From the human T2T-CHM13v2.0 reference genome, Homo sapiens, in assembly GCF_009914755.1 (NCBI RefSeq), contig NC_060929.1: a stretch of 64,000 bases of DNA. One strand, given 5' to 3'. The translations under genes were made by a program, and so were the position numbers. The notes under the pieces were generated by a model. That model made no database searches and was not told the DNA's origin. It was given only the letters and a program-made list of their open reading frames with translations. Below are positions 27,627-41,066 of this stretch, piece by piece. How positions within the stretch are numbered: the first letter of the stretch is position 1; each line of letters opens with the position of its first letter.

Positions 27627-30420
27627 TAAATGATTCAGTACTATGGGTGGTTTCAAGCATCCATTGTGGATCTTTGAATGTATTCCCTGAAGATAAGGGA
27701 GGACCACTGTACCTAGGAATGCAATTGCTGGGTCATGTGGAAATTCTGTGTTTAACTTACTGAGGGAAGCAATCCAAGTGTTTTCCACAGTAGCTGCACC
27801 CTTTTACATTCCTTTCAACAATATGTGAGGTTTCCAGTTTCTCCATGTCCTCACCAACACTTGTTTTCTGTTTCCATTACAGCCGTCACAGTAGTGTGAA
27901 ATGATATCTCATTGTGGTTTTCATATGCATTTCCCTAATCACTAATGATGTTACACATCCTTTCATGGACTTATTGGCCATTTGTATATCTTCTTTGAAG
28001 AAATGTTGATTCAGATCTTTTGTCCACTTATTAATTGGTTGTCATTTTATTGTTCAGTTGTGATAAGTTTGTATATATTTTGGACACTAGATCTTTAAGA
28101 TATACATAGTTTGCAGAGTTTATTTCCAAGAAAGTTTTTACTTTCTTGACAGTGTCTTTTGCCCTGAAGTGTTTTTATTTTTGATGAAGTCCAATTTATC
28201 TACTTTTTCTTTGAATGATTGTGTTTTTGGTGTCGTATCTAAGAACCTGTTGCCTAATCCAATGGCAAGCACATTTACATCTATGCTTCCTTACAAAGAT
28301 TTTACAGTTTTAGTTCTTATGTTTAAATCTTCAATCCATTTTGAGTTAATTTTTGTGTATGTTGTTAGGTAGAGGGCCGTATTTATTCTTTTACATATAG
28401 CTATTCTGTCGTCCCAGCATCATTTGTTGAAAAGACTATTATTTCTCCCACTGAATGGTTTGGTACCCTTGTTGCAAATCGACTGACCATAGCTGTATCA
28501 ACTTATTGCTGAATCCTCAATTTTATTCTATTGTCTTTATTGCTACCTTTATGTTAGTAACATAGTGCTTTCATTATTATATCTTTGTAGTTAATTTTGA
28601 AGCCAGGAAGTGTAAGGCCTACAAATTTGTTCTTTTTTTTTTTTCAAGGTTGTTTTGACTATTTGGGAATTTTTGCCTTTCCATTTGAATTTTTAAGATC
28701 GGCTCTCCAGGATTGCATTTAATCTGTAGATCAGTGAGAGTATTTCCATCTTCATAATATTGTCCACCAATCCATGAACACAAGATACCTTCCCATTTAT
28801 TTAGCTCTTTAATTTCTTTTAGCAGTGTTTTGTAGTTTTCATTGTACAAGTCTTTTACTTTTTTGTTAAACATATTTCTAAGTATTTTTTGGTGCTATCA
28901 TCAGTGAAATTGTTTTTCACAATGTTTTAGGGCTTACATAATTTTCCTTCCAAAGATTCATCTTTCTGTCTAAAGAATCCCATTTTTCAACTTGGTCATC
29001 TCATATCACATGTTTATTTAATTGTCTTAACAGTGACTTGAACACCTAATATCTAAGAAAATACTTTCTGATACAGATAAGAAAAAAAAAAAAAAACCCA
29101 GGTATTAGAGATACGCTCAGAGTCAGTCTTTATGAACTCATTTTCCTTCCTCCAAATAAGCCAAGCCAAGTCACATCTTACTGTGTTCCCTATTAGAGCA
29201 GAGAAACCATTAGGAAGATTAAATTGCCCGTGATTATTTGTTGCCTAAAGCCTCTATATCATTTTTGTCACCCTGTGTCTTTTCTGAAGGGTCTTTTTCT
29301 AGAAATCTTTTTTGCAATTTCCCAGACTCCTGCTGTCCCAATGTCCAAATTGGGTCTGTCCTTTCTTGCTACTCTTCTATTATTTTCCAGAGTTTTCCTC
29401 CCTCCACTCTATCCTTTGTTTACAACAGATCTCTAATGCATGTCTAAAAATCAAGAGATCATTTGTGTTTAGCAATGGCTTAAAATAACTAATGCTAATG
29501 CTGAGGTCCTCATGGGTTTAACTTGGTTTTATTAATTTCTACATCTCTACAGCTCCTCTGTTTGCTGGAGTGTGTGCTAAATATATATTTGTGAAATAGA
29601 CAAGAAAAGAAAAGAACCATTTCTGTAGACTTTTACCAGTTTAAAGCAAGGAGCAATGTAGAGTCAAGTCATGTGCATTTTACTCTCAGATTGCCTGAGA
29701 AACAACTTAGGCTTTTCTTAAACATTTTCTTTATTGATGGACAACTATGTAAATCAGCAAATAATGAGAGAATTTTCATAGTCTCAGAAAAAATAGCTGC
29801 TTCTTTGTAACTGTGGTTGCAGCTTATGCTCCAGAGAGTGACATTTACAAATAAAGAGTCATATGTTTTACCACATGATAATTTCTACTGTTTGAAAGCA
29901 AATTTCACATGTTCTAGAGTTAAAAGGTCAGTGTGAGCTATAAGTGTACCTTGCTGTCTGTTCTTAATATCTTGTGCTTTCTCTAGTTTTAGTAATTTCC
30001 TGGCTTTTGAGGACTAGTGACTTTGATTTCCCTTTTTCCTAAGAAGTATTCCTCATTTGAGAAAATCAAGCATGGCTGTGAATTTTCCATCTGCAGAATA
30101 TTTCTATCTTTCAAATATTTTCCCAGGAAGCCACCAGTCAGTTGATCATTTTCAGCCTGCAACCGGCATAGTTACATCTGCAGCTGAAGATGTTGAAGAC
30201 TCCATAGCAACACCATCTGTCCCTTCACAGAATGTTTTCTTTCAGATAAAGATGGGAGGTGTTAATCATAATTAGGCAAGTTGCATGCTGGGATCAGAAA
30301 ATGATTTGATTTCCCAGGATTTGTACAACAACAAGTATTGCTGGCCATGTGGTTATTCATGAATTTGGGGGAAGCCAAAATTAACAGTACTATTATGGAA
30401 TATCATTTTTCATACTAGAA

Positions 30421-30645
30421 TAGGAGTCAGCAAACTACAGGCTGTGGACCAAATTCAGCCTGTGACCTGTTAATATAAGTAAAGTTTTATTGTAAAATAA
30501 CCATACCCATTCATTTATGTATTGTCTGTGATTGCTTTTAAAATATAGCAGAATTGAATAGAATTGCCTACACCTATACTGGAAGATTATTAGAAGAAGA
30601 TTTACTTTCACTAAATCTGTATGACCTTTCAGAGAGGCACATGTC
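30421..30645 (+). mobile_element. MER58A (hAT-Charlie)
   Basis: TAGGAGTCAGCAAACTACAGGCTGTGGACCAAATTCAGCC...AAAGTTTTATTG...CCCATTCATTTATGTATTGTCT. Confidence 0.75.
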
Positions 30646-31045
30646 CATTTGAGATTTGAAACTGTTAACTTAAAACAGAGTAGCCCTGCCTCCAGAAAGT
30701 CTTCCGTGATATATCCCCTCTGCCTCCTCATCAAGCTGTACATAGTATTTTCCTGTCCTCCTCTTATATTGTGGGCAGGCCTCAATTACTGCATGTATCT
30801 TATATAACTTTAATAACTTAATATCTAAAATTACCTCTGTGCCTTTTATTTTCTCTAAACCTGTGAAAATTCTCACGTTATATCCTGATTTGGAGAGTTG
30901 TCCATCAAAAATGGAAACATTATTCTTGAGGAAGGACTATGTCTTTTTTGTATTCCCAGTGCCTAATATTAATACCTGGGATGGAAAAATGGGTTCAAAA
31001 ATGTTGAATGAGTGAATTAATAGACTGAGTGTGTTATTAGTAAAT

Positions 31046-31050
<5 letters not shown>

Positions 31051-31086
<36 letters not shown>
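31051..31086. repeat. (TA)18 microsatellite
   Basis: Perfect TA run. Confidence 0.95.
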
Positions 31087-31091
<5 letters not shown>

Positions 31092-31124
31092 TAACTCTCT
31101 TTTAAAGGCAGTTTGAGATATTAA

Positions 31125-31345
31125 TTAAGTGTGGTCTCTAGACTCCAGGGACTTACAATGAAAGCCCATTCCACCACTTACTAGCTCTGAGTCTTTGGCC
31201 AAGTTACTTACCCTCTCCCATGTCAGCTTCCTTACCTGGAAATAGCAATATTGCCTCCTTCCTCCATTGGTGGAGAAGACAAAATTATATAATCCATGCA
31301 AAGTGATAATATGGCACCAGGCACACACTAGGTATCCAACATTTT
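31125..31345 (+). mobile_element. MIR SINE
   Basis: CCACTTACTAGCTCTGAGTCTTTGGCCAAGTTACTTACCCTCTC...TCAGCTTCCTTACCTGGAAA. Confidence 0.7.
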
Positions 31346-33689
31346 ATGGCCATTACTGGTGATGATCATTTATTTTAAACAAAATTCAACTCCTTGTCAT
31401 GTTGCTGTTAGTTTTGCCACACTCCTAAATTACTACTTGCATGTGTACATGACTATATCCTTCATGCAGATAACCAATTTTTAAATTCTGTTCTGTGTCA
31501 GACACTGACTATACCACTCACCGGGGGTAGAAAGATGGATCAGATGTTATTATGATCCTTAAGTAATTCATAATCTAGTACACTGAGCCTAAATCTGCCA
31601 CTTAGGAAAGTATGTGAAGCTGAGTCACAAAAGGGAACAGAGATTGATCATAACTGAGAATTACTGACCTTTAATTTTTATAATGAGAGAGGAAAGCCCT
31701 AAGTGAATAAGATGATACTGTGTGTAAGGAATTTTAGACATCAGCCAAGGAGTGTTGTGGGGAGAGAATCATCCAGATCCCCAACGAATGTGAAAACACT
31801 GTTTCTGTCTGTACTTGCAGATGGTTCTGAGTAAAAAGACGATCAGGTGTTCTGACCTGAGAAAAGTTCTATACTCATTGATCTTCAGTAACATGTGATT
31901 AACAGGACATTAGAAGGCAAAAGCCAGCATTTTGGTGAATGGATTGCCAAAGCCATTCACTTTGCGAAGAATAGGACTAAGAGCTCCTGTTCAGCATCTG
32001 AGAGATGTGAGTTGAATGCCAGCTCTACTACTCACTGGCTAAATGACCTTATACAGATCCCTTTCTTTCTAAGATTTCTCATCTGTACAATGAAAATGGT
32101 CATTGTATCAACTTTATCAGGTGGTTGATATGGGTTTCAGCCCACAGCCTTAGGAACACAGGCCCAACTTCAAAAGTGCCCCTGGCTCTCTCAGACTGGG
32201 AGGTTTTCCATCATGAAGACATCCAACTTGGAATACCCGCATCTGTCATCCCCTCCTTCTCTAGGCTTAGTCTCTGCCTGGCTGCTTCTTCAGACTGTGA
32301 CCACACCAGTGTAAGAAAGGTATCAGTAGGTCAGACAACAATGCCTTATTGGTACCATGAAACTTGCGAAGTAGAACTTGGGTTTAGAACATCAAAACAA
32401 AAAACGTACACTGTCTAGATAGATGTTCAGGGTACTTCTGCATGAAAAATCTATGGTGACCCAGGTAAAGTATTTCCACAAGAGGCAGACTAGAATAATT
32501 AAAAACACAAACTAGAGAACAGGAAGTTTCAAATTTTCTACTTTCTAATAGTGAGACTGGGCAAGTTACCAACTTCTCCTCAGCTTCCTCATCTGTAAAA
32601 TGGGAGTAATGAAGCCTGACTCTCTAAGGATACCTTGAGAATTAAAGGGTGTAGCATAGTCCTCAGTAACAGTGGTTGTTAGGCAAGATACTGAATTTCT
32701 AAACTTCTATAGGAGACAGGCTTACTAGTCACTAATCTTTAGTCTGTTAGAAAACTGTGCCTGCGTAAAGGAATTTACCTTCCCACAGACTTTTCAAGAG
32801 AATTTTGAGCTTCAGATTCTGAGGGTACTGAGAACACTGCATTTATTCTAAAGCAGTGTCAGTTTCTGTCTAATGATATTTATCAACTCTAAGAAGTAAA
32901 GTTATGGGTCTCTTTATATTTTTCCCTCCAATGGAAGAGAAAAAAGGACAATGTCTGAAGTTTCCATAAAAAGCTACCAATGGTAATGGAGGTCAGAGGT
33001 TAGAAATGTAAGTATGCATTGCCATGGTGATGGAGTTAGCATTGTTATGAGCTTGTTTTATTTATGGTTAGCTATTTCTGTCAGTTTTGTTTCATCACCT
33101 TTGTTTTTTCTCAAATTACAAAACAATTAAAGAATTTGGCAAGGAAAATGAGCCAGATGTAACAGTTTCCTCTTACATCTCTTAATAGAAGCAAACATGC
33201 TGTAATGAGATTTCTTTTTCCTTCCATCAGAATTGCACCCTCCCGCAAGTTCTCAGCTGCAGAGCAGTAACAAAGCCCCTTGAAAGCAGAAAAGCCCTTA
33301 CTTTCGATGGCATGTAATTAAATTTAAGTAATGTTACATCAGCTGGTTGAAGAGGGAAATCTGGAAAGAAAATCTTCTAATTTCTGAAATTTACTCCAAG
33401 CAACACCCAGAAATTCGGCTAAGTGTTGACATGAGGTTTCCATATGATGATGGCATTAATGCACCTGTAGGCTATGTTTATGTGGCAATGAAGGAGGCTC
33501 AAGAAATTCATAAAACTGGAAGCTATGTAATAGAAAACAGTTTAAAATTCAGATTCAGATGGAATTTACAACCCGTTAGTAAGGTAATATTGGATAATTG
33601 TTAGTGTTTAGGATGAGACTTCTTATTTTTCCCTCACCCTCTATGTTCTAGGCAAATGAAATTTACTGAAGATAATTTTAATAAGAAAC

Positions 33690-33965
33690 ACTATAGTGTG
33701 GTAAAATGGTTACGAACAGTGGCTTTAGAGTTAGACAAACTTCTGTCCATTCAAATCTGTGTCCTGCCTGTGTTTTTTTTGGATCAAATTAGGTAAGTCA
33801 GTTTATATATTTGATCTTCAGTTTTCTCACCCAAAAGACAGATGTGGGATGATTAAGTCAGTAACTATTGACGACATTATTAGGTTGAAATGGTCCAATG
33901 AATGTAAAGCTCTTACCTTGGCATATATAATATACTCAATAATTGCTACTATTGTAATTATTTAT
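33690..33965 (+). mobile_element. MIR SINE
   Basis: TATAGTGTGGT...GGCTTTAGAGTTAGAC...CTTCAGTTTTCTCAC...ATGTAAAGC. Confidence 0.6.
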
Positions 33966-34739
33966 TAGGCATTGACATTCAGTAACCTCATCAATTAGAA
34001 TTCATTCCAAGGGGAAAAAAATGCACAGATACAATCAGTCTTAATGAAGGATATGATTGAATTCAAAAATATGGAGAGACGTACCTTTCTATAATTCCCA
34101 CCTCCACACAGAGCATATCACTCTTCCATTAACAGGATTTGATTCTTCTACATTACAGGGCTTTGGAAGTCATTTCCTAACCCTAGCCCTCAGGTTTCCC
34201 TATCTGTAATTTATGCAGTCAGAGTAGATGCCCTCTGAGGACCCTTCCAGGTCTGGCTTTCTGTCCTCCCAGCAGATTCTCTGAGCAGATTCCAAGCCAT
34301 TTTTGAAGCCATGACTAGAAATAATCATCATTGCCTGAATAAATTAAAAATAACGAGTGGCTCTTCATTTGAAAGAATTAACCAGTGAAACCATAGCAAA
34401 AGACTGGCTGAAATGTATGCAACTTTGTGTTAGCCCTATAAGCAACGCAGTGAAACTCATAGAGAGGTTTCTCTGATGATTCAGGCTCTGATTATCTGTT
34501 TTTGATTAGTTTGAAACATAGATCAGAACTGTTCCTGTTAGGGTGGCGGCCAGTGTCACCTGCTTTTCTGAAGGTAGAAATAATCAACCTAATGGTGTTG
34601 AATAGACTTAAGTGGTTTTTCAGTGTCTGAGTGGGTTACTCAGGTCACTCCTTCCAGTAAGAGTATAATCTGCAAATGGACCAATTTTTGTTCTATATCA
34701 CATAGTTAGGTTTTTTTTATTCTTTTTCATGTTTTAATG

Positions 34740-34975
34740 TGGTCTTATGGAAAGAAGGCTAAATTTAGAATCAGTAATTTGGGTTTAAATCCCAACTCTC
34801 ACATTCATGATCTTGGATAAATTACTTTACTATTTCATTAAGTTTAAGCTGCTTTGTCTTTCAAATAAAGGTAGTCTTCCTTATATTAAAGGATCACCGT
34901 GAAGATTAAATAAGAGAACTCATGCAGAGCCCTCAGGCACATGTATTGTACAAGGAGGACACTGAATAAATAAAC
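34740..34975 (+). mobile_element. MIR SINE
   Basis: GGGTTTAAATCCCAACTCT...TGATCTTGGATAAATTACTT...GTGAAGATTAAATAAGA. Confidence 0.6.
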
Positions 34976-34984
34976 AAATGACTC

Positions 34985-35750
34985 TTCATATATTCTTTTA
35001 TTAAACAAATATTTACTGAACACTTATAATGTACCAGGTACTGTTTTAGCTACTTGGGAGACATTAAAGACAAAAATAGACCAAGATTCTGTACCTATGG
35101 AGCTTAATTTCTAGTGAGGAAAATGGGCAATAAACAATAACCATAGCAAAGTAAGTAAATTATGTAATATGCAAAGATAGTTACTGTGTGTGGGAAGAAA
35201 GAAAAGTGTAGCATATTATACAGGATATGAAGGGCCCGGGTGAGTTTGGGGAAGGTTATAGAATGGAGAGTGGTCATAATGGGTCTCTTGAGCAGTGGCC
35301 ATTTAAGCAAGCACATGAAGGTGGTAAGGAGATAACAAAATGAGGGTATTTCCTGGAAGACATATCCTGGCCAAAGTGAAAGGCAAGAGCATCTTGTCAC
35401 ATTGAGGCACAGCCTGAAGGCCAATGTGACTGAAGTGGAATGACCCAGGGGACTGCAGCAAGAGATAGTCAGGCAGGTGGCGTGGACCTCCTAGGGTCTC
35501 AAACGCAATTGTGAAGGTGTTAGTTTTCACTCTGAGGAAAAGGGAGACATCAAAAAATTTTGAGGAGAGGAAACGCAGTATTTGACTTATATATATATAT
35601 TTTAAAATGACCATTCAATTTGCTGTTTTAGGGCAACAGTGGGGCTGGGAGCTGAGAGAGGCCATTGCAGAAATCCAGGTAACAGGCGATGGTGGTCTGA
35701 GCCATGAGGTGGTAAGGAGTAATCAGATGCTGAATACAGTTTAAAGGTCT
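34985..35750 (-). mobile_element. L2 3' region
   Basis: ATTAAACAAATATTTACTGAACACTTA...ACCAGGTACTGTT...GGCCATTGCAGAAATCCAGGT...GATGGTGG. Confidence 0.75.
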
Positions 35751-35897
35751 TTAACCTTTATGTAGTTAAATATATACATATAATAATTTATATTCTTATA
35801 CATATTTTATATACTTAAATATAACTTAAATTATATTTAAAGACCTTTAAATTACCTTCCATTTTTTGGATTATAGTAACAATATTTACCTAATTAA

Positions 35898-36257
<360 letters not shown>

Positions 36258-36513
36258 TAACACTCTTAAGTAGGCACTGTGCTAAGTACCCATCACCCTC
36301 ATGAGATAGGTATAATCATTAACACTTTTTAACCGATAATTAGTCTGAGACACAGAGAGACCAAGGGAAATAACCAAGGTCCCATGGTATCTCAGTGGTA
36401 GAGCTGGGAGTCAGATCCTATGGGTCTGACGCTGGAGCTTTTCTGCGAGAAGGCAGTCTTCTACAATGTGAATAGCCATGTAAGGCCACACTCTGCCTTT
36501 CCCTCTTTTTCCC

Positions 36514-37017
36514 CCAAAGATAGTTCTTACTGTACACCCTCAAGTTCTTCAGACTAAATTACAGAGAGATTTGCCATACTTAGTCTCTTTCCTACCTGGA
36601 ATCATTATCAAAGAATGAAGCAGCTACATGCATTGCTTAACGGAAGCTGTTTCCCCTTTGGGGGGATCAGTTGGTCAGTTCTGATCCAAAGAAAGTTCTT
36701 CCCTACTCCCTCAAGTTTTTCAATCTAAATTACAGAGAGATTTGCCTTACTCAGTCTCTTTCCTACCTGGAATCATTATCAAAGAATGAAGCAGTTACAT
36801 ACAATGCCTAATGAAAGCTGTTTCCCCTTTTGGGGGGATCAGTTGGTCAGTTCTGATCCAAAGAAAGTTCTTCCCCTACTCCCTCAAGTTCTTCAGACTA
36901 AATTACAGAGAGATTTGCCATACTTAATCTCTTTCCTATCTGGAATCATTATCAAAGGATGAAGCAGTGATGCTTAATGGTAGCTGTTTACCCTTTTGGG
37001 AAATCAGTCGGTCAGTT
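36514..37017. repeat. Tandem array, 3 copies of a ~172-bp unit
   Basis: Units start CCAAAGA(T/A)AGTTCTT at 36514, 36686 and 36858; shared core TAAATTACAGAGAGATTTGCC...TGGAATCATTATCAAAG. Confidence 0.95.
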
Positions 37018-37130
37018 GGTTGGTGAATTTACTTATTGGAAAAAAATAAGGAATAAACAATTGTATCAAAACACTATTGTTTTTAGTTCTCCCAAGATCA
37101 CCATAAATTTCTTAAAAATTTTTAATTGTG

Positions 37131-37866
<736 letters not shown>

Positions 37867-38520
37867 AAACAGATTTTAACAATCTTGTAGCACATTGACT
37901 TAACAGCTTGAATTTTAGAAGTCACATCATCTTAGAGATTCAAAGTCAGAAAGTCTCTTATTTGCTCCTAGCCTGTAAACAAGGATAGATCTGAAAGATC
38001 AGAGACTTAGCAACTGACTTATTTAAATTAACAGGACAGTCTCACAGTTCCCAGGACATAAATTTCTATTGACTTTTATTTCATAAAATCATAAATGTGG
38101 AGCATTTCTCCCTGTACATTATCATCTCATGTATAATGTTTCATTTGTCTTAATCATTTTGTTTGCACAATTTGCTTATTTGGGTTGTATTTAGGTTTTA
38201 TGAAATGTTAGTTTCCACAGTAAGTAATAGATTTCTTGAAATATTAGCCTTAGGGAAATGTGATTTGACAGTTCTTCAAAGAATGTGTAAAATTAATTAT
38301 AAGTGAAAGTCATTTCAATTTCAGTAATATTTTTTTAAAAACCTGCCAGCCCTAGATTATTCTCTTTCAACTCATATCATAGACCTGTCCATCATTATGG
38401 TCCTACACATGCCTATTGACCAAATTACATAAATCAAAGTAATTGTTCACTACAATTAATCTTTTGGGGGGATTTATTCATATTTTATTTTAAAATAAAA
38501 TTTGCATAAATTCAGTTTTT

Positions 38521-39206
38521 TTATTATACTTTAAGTTCTGGGATACATGTACAGAACGTGCAGGTTTGTTACAAAGGTATATACGTGCCATGGTGGTTTG
38601 CTGCACCCATCAGCCCGTCATCTACATTAGGTATTTCTCCTAATGCTATCCCTCCCCTAGCCCCCCACCCACCGACAGGACCCCGTGTGTGATGTTCCCC
38701 TTCCTGTGTCCATGTGTTCTCATAGTTCAACTCCCACTTATGAGTGAGAACATGCAGTGTTTGGTTTTCTGTTTCTGTGTTAGCTTGCTGAGAATGATGG
38801 TTTCCAGCTTCATCAATGTCCCTGCAAATGACATGACCTCATCCTTTTTTATGGCTGCCTTGTATTCCATAGTGTATTATGTGCCACATTTTCTTTATCC
38901 AGTCTACCACTGATGGGCATTTGAGTTAGTTCCAAGTCTTTGCTATTGTGAATACTGCTGCAATAAACATACGTGTGCATGTGTCAAAAAGTGGCCAAAG
39001 GATATGAACAGACACTTCACAAAAGAAGACATTTATGTGGCCAAGAAACATGAAAAAAAGCTCAGCATCACTGGTCATTAGAGAAATGCAAATCAAAACC
39101 ACAATGAGATAACATCTCATACCAGTTAAAATGGCGATCATTAAAGCAGGTGCTGGAGAGGATGTGGAGAAATAGGAACATTTTTACACTGTTGGTGAGA
39201 GTGTAA
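38521..39206 (-). mobile_element. 5'-truncated, 5'-inverted (twin-primed) L1PA (L1PA7/8-like)
   Basis: 38521-38985 is L1 3' end in antisense; 38984-39206 is ORF2 C-terminal sequence in the opposite orientation; TSD ATAAATTCA(G/A)TTTTT at 38506-38520 and 39207-39221. Confidence 0.92.
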
Positions 39207-40204
39207 ATAAATTCAATTTTTTAAAAAAACATGTCTACCAAAATAAAGATATTGCCGGCATTTATTTAACTTCTGAAAGTTACTCATGTGGCTTATTTTA
39301 CCTGTTTTAGATGGCATGCTATTTTAATATTGCAATAAGATCACACCAGTTTTAAAGGCCCCAGCATGTCATCAAATCCCTGGGTTAGAAGAAACATTAA
39401 AACTTAACCCCATGCTAACTTGAGCTGAATCTACTTAGCAGTCTGTGGTCTTCCATCCTTTACTTGAATGCCCTGTCACCTGCTTTCCCAAAAGTTAGTC
39501 ATCTTTGTACCCCTGGCATGATTTAAGGTATAACTGTGTCCCTTCCTTAATAATATTTATTTAATATGTTCCTGTTAATAAACCCCTGTTTTTCTTTGAT
39601 AATCTAAAAGAGAAATATAACACTATTCTAAGTGAAAAAATCAACATGACTTTCCATGAATACATGACAGATATAAAAATAAATAATGATATATTAAAAT
39701 TAAGACTGTTTCTCCCTTTGATAAAAATGTAAATGTGAAGGTGTTACAGAGATATTAATGTCATCATAGACCTAAAATGAGACATTATCTTTAATATAAT
39801 CAAAAATATTAAAAAGGAAATTGAAAGGAAAATGACCTTCTCGTACATAATGCCAAGCATTATGATACCTGAAACCATCTTACATACTAGTGAGTTCTAA
39901 TCTTTGGGGAACATAGCTTCTTCTTCTCATTGCATCCTTTGAACAGCTTAGCTGTTAGAAAGTCCTCTTCTCATTAAGTTGACATCTGTCTATATCCATT
40001 AAGTATCCACAAATGATCCTATACTTCAGAGCCATTCAGAGCAAGTTTGATCTCTTGAACAAGATCCATGACAGTTTTTTGGATACTTTGAAATATTTTC
40101 TCTTGGTTAAACTCCCTCAGTTCTTCCCATTTTTCCTCATATGAAATAATTCTTTAGTAGTACTCACCTACTTTCTGCTTTTCAATATATTTACTACCTT
40201 TCTC

Positions 40205-40340
40205 AGTTAGTATTCTCCAGAGAAAGAGAACCAATAGAGTGTGGAGGGGGTGAATGGATGGATGGATGGATGGATGAATTAATGGGGGAAGGAGAGAGGG
40301 AGGGAGTGAGGCAGGGAGGGAGGGAGGGATGGATAGATAA

Positions 40341-40390
<50 letters not shown>

Positions 40391-40660
40391 GGTAGCTCAT
40401 GTGATTATGGAGGCTGGCAAGTTCAAGATATGCAGGGTGAGCCAGCAGGCTGGAGGCCTTAGGAAGAGCCATTGTCCAGTTCATGTCTAAAGGCCATCTG
40501 CTGAGGAGTTTCCTTTTGCCCAGGGAAGGTCAGCCTTCGTCCTGTTTAGGCCTTCAACTGAATCTATGAGGCCTACCCATATTATGGAGAGCAATCTGCT
40601 TTACCCAGAGTCCACTACTTTAGATGTAAATCTCACCCAAAAATATGCTCATAATTGACA
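40205..40660 (-). mobile_element. ERVL LTR (MLT2B-like) with an internal compound microsatellite
   Basis: TTCTCCAGAGAAAGAGAACCAATAG...GCTCATGTGATTATGGAGGCTGGCAAGT...GGCCTTCAACTGA...GCAATCTGCTTTAC. Confidence 0.85.
40255..40390. repeat. Compound STR (GGAT)n/(GGGA)n/(GATA)n
   Basis: About 14 GATA units with one AATA interruption at 40332-40390, preceded by GGAT and GGGA units. Confidence 0.93.
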
Positions 40661-40844
40661 ACGTGAGCTCAGAATAGTTAAGTGATTTGTCTAATGCATA
40701 CTTTGCAGCTTCTTAGAATGTAGTAGACTCCTGCATATTAAAAATATAATAATCTCCAAAAAAGTTGAACAAAGCAACCCAAAGATTGTGGTCAGTCCGT
40801 GATGGATGCGGGATGATGACAGTGATATGATCTTTATTATTGGC

Positions 40845-41066
40845 CATGTCAACAACAGTGGCTAACATGATATTGAGAGTGTGCTTTCTGCTAGGCACAG
40901 TTCTCATTGCTTTTCTGATATTATGTCATCCTCATATTACCCTGTAAGTTAGGTTCTACTTTTATTTATTTTGAATGGATCCAGAACCTGAATGATAGAA
41001 GAATTAAGTAACTTGTCCAGGTTTATATGGAGCTTCTAAGAGGTAGGGATAAGACTCAAACTCAGG
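40845..41066 (-). mobile_element. MIR SINE (interrupted by an Alu)
   Basis: CTAGGCACAGTTCT...TTAAGTAACTTGTCCAGGT...GACTCAAACTCAGG. Confidence 0.6.

Noticed and set aside
36514-37017. Alpha-satellite or CRISPR-like reading of the ~172-bp array
   Set aside because: Only the period resembles alphoid DNA; I see no alphoid sequence or CENP-B box. Units repeat in full with no unique spacers, and the context is a primate intron.
38926-39141. 71-aa ORF with an L1-like C-terminus
   Set aside because: Chance chimera across the L1 inversion junction.
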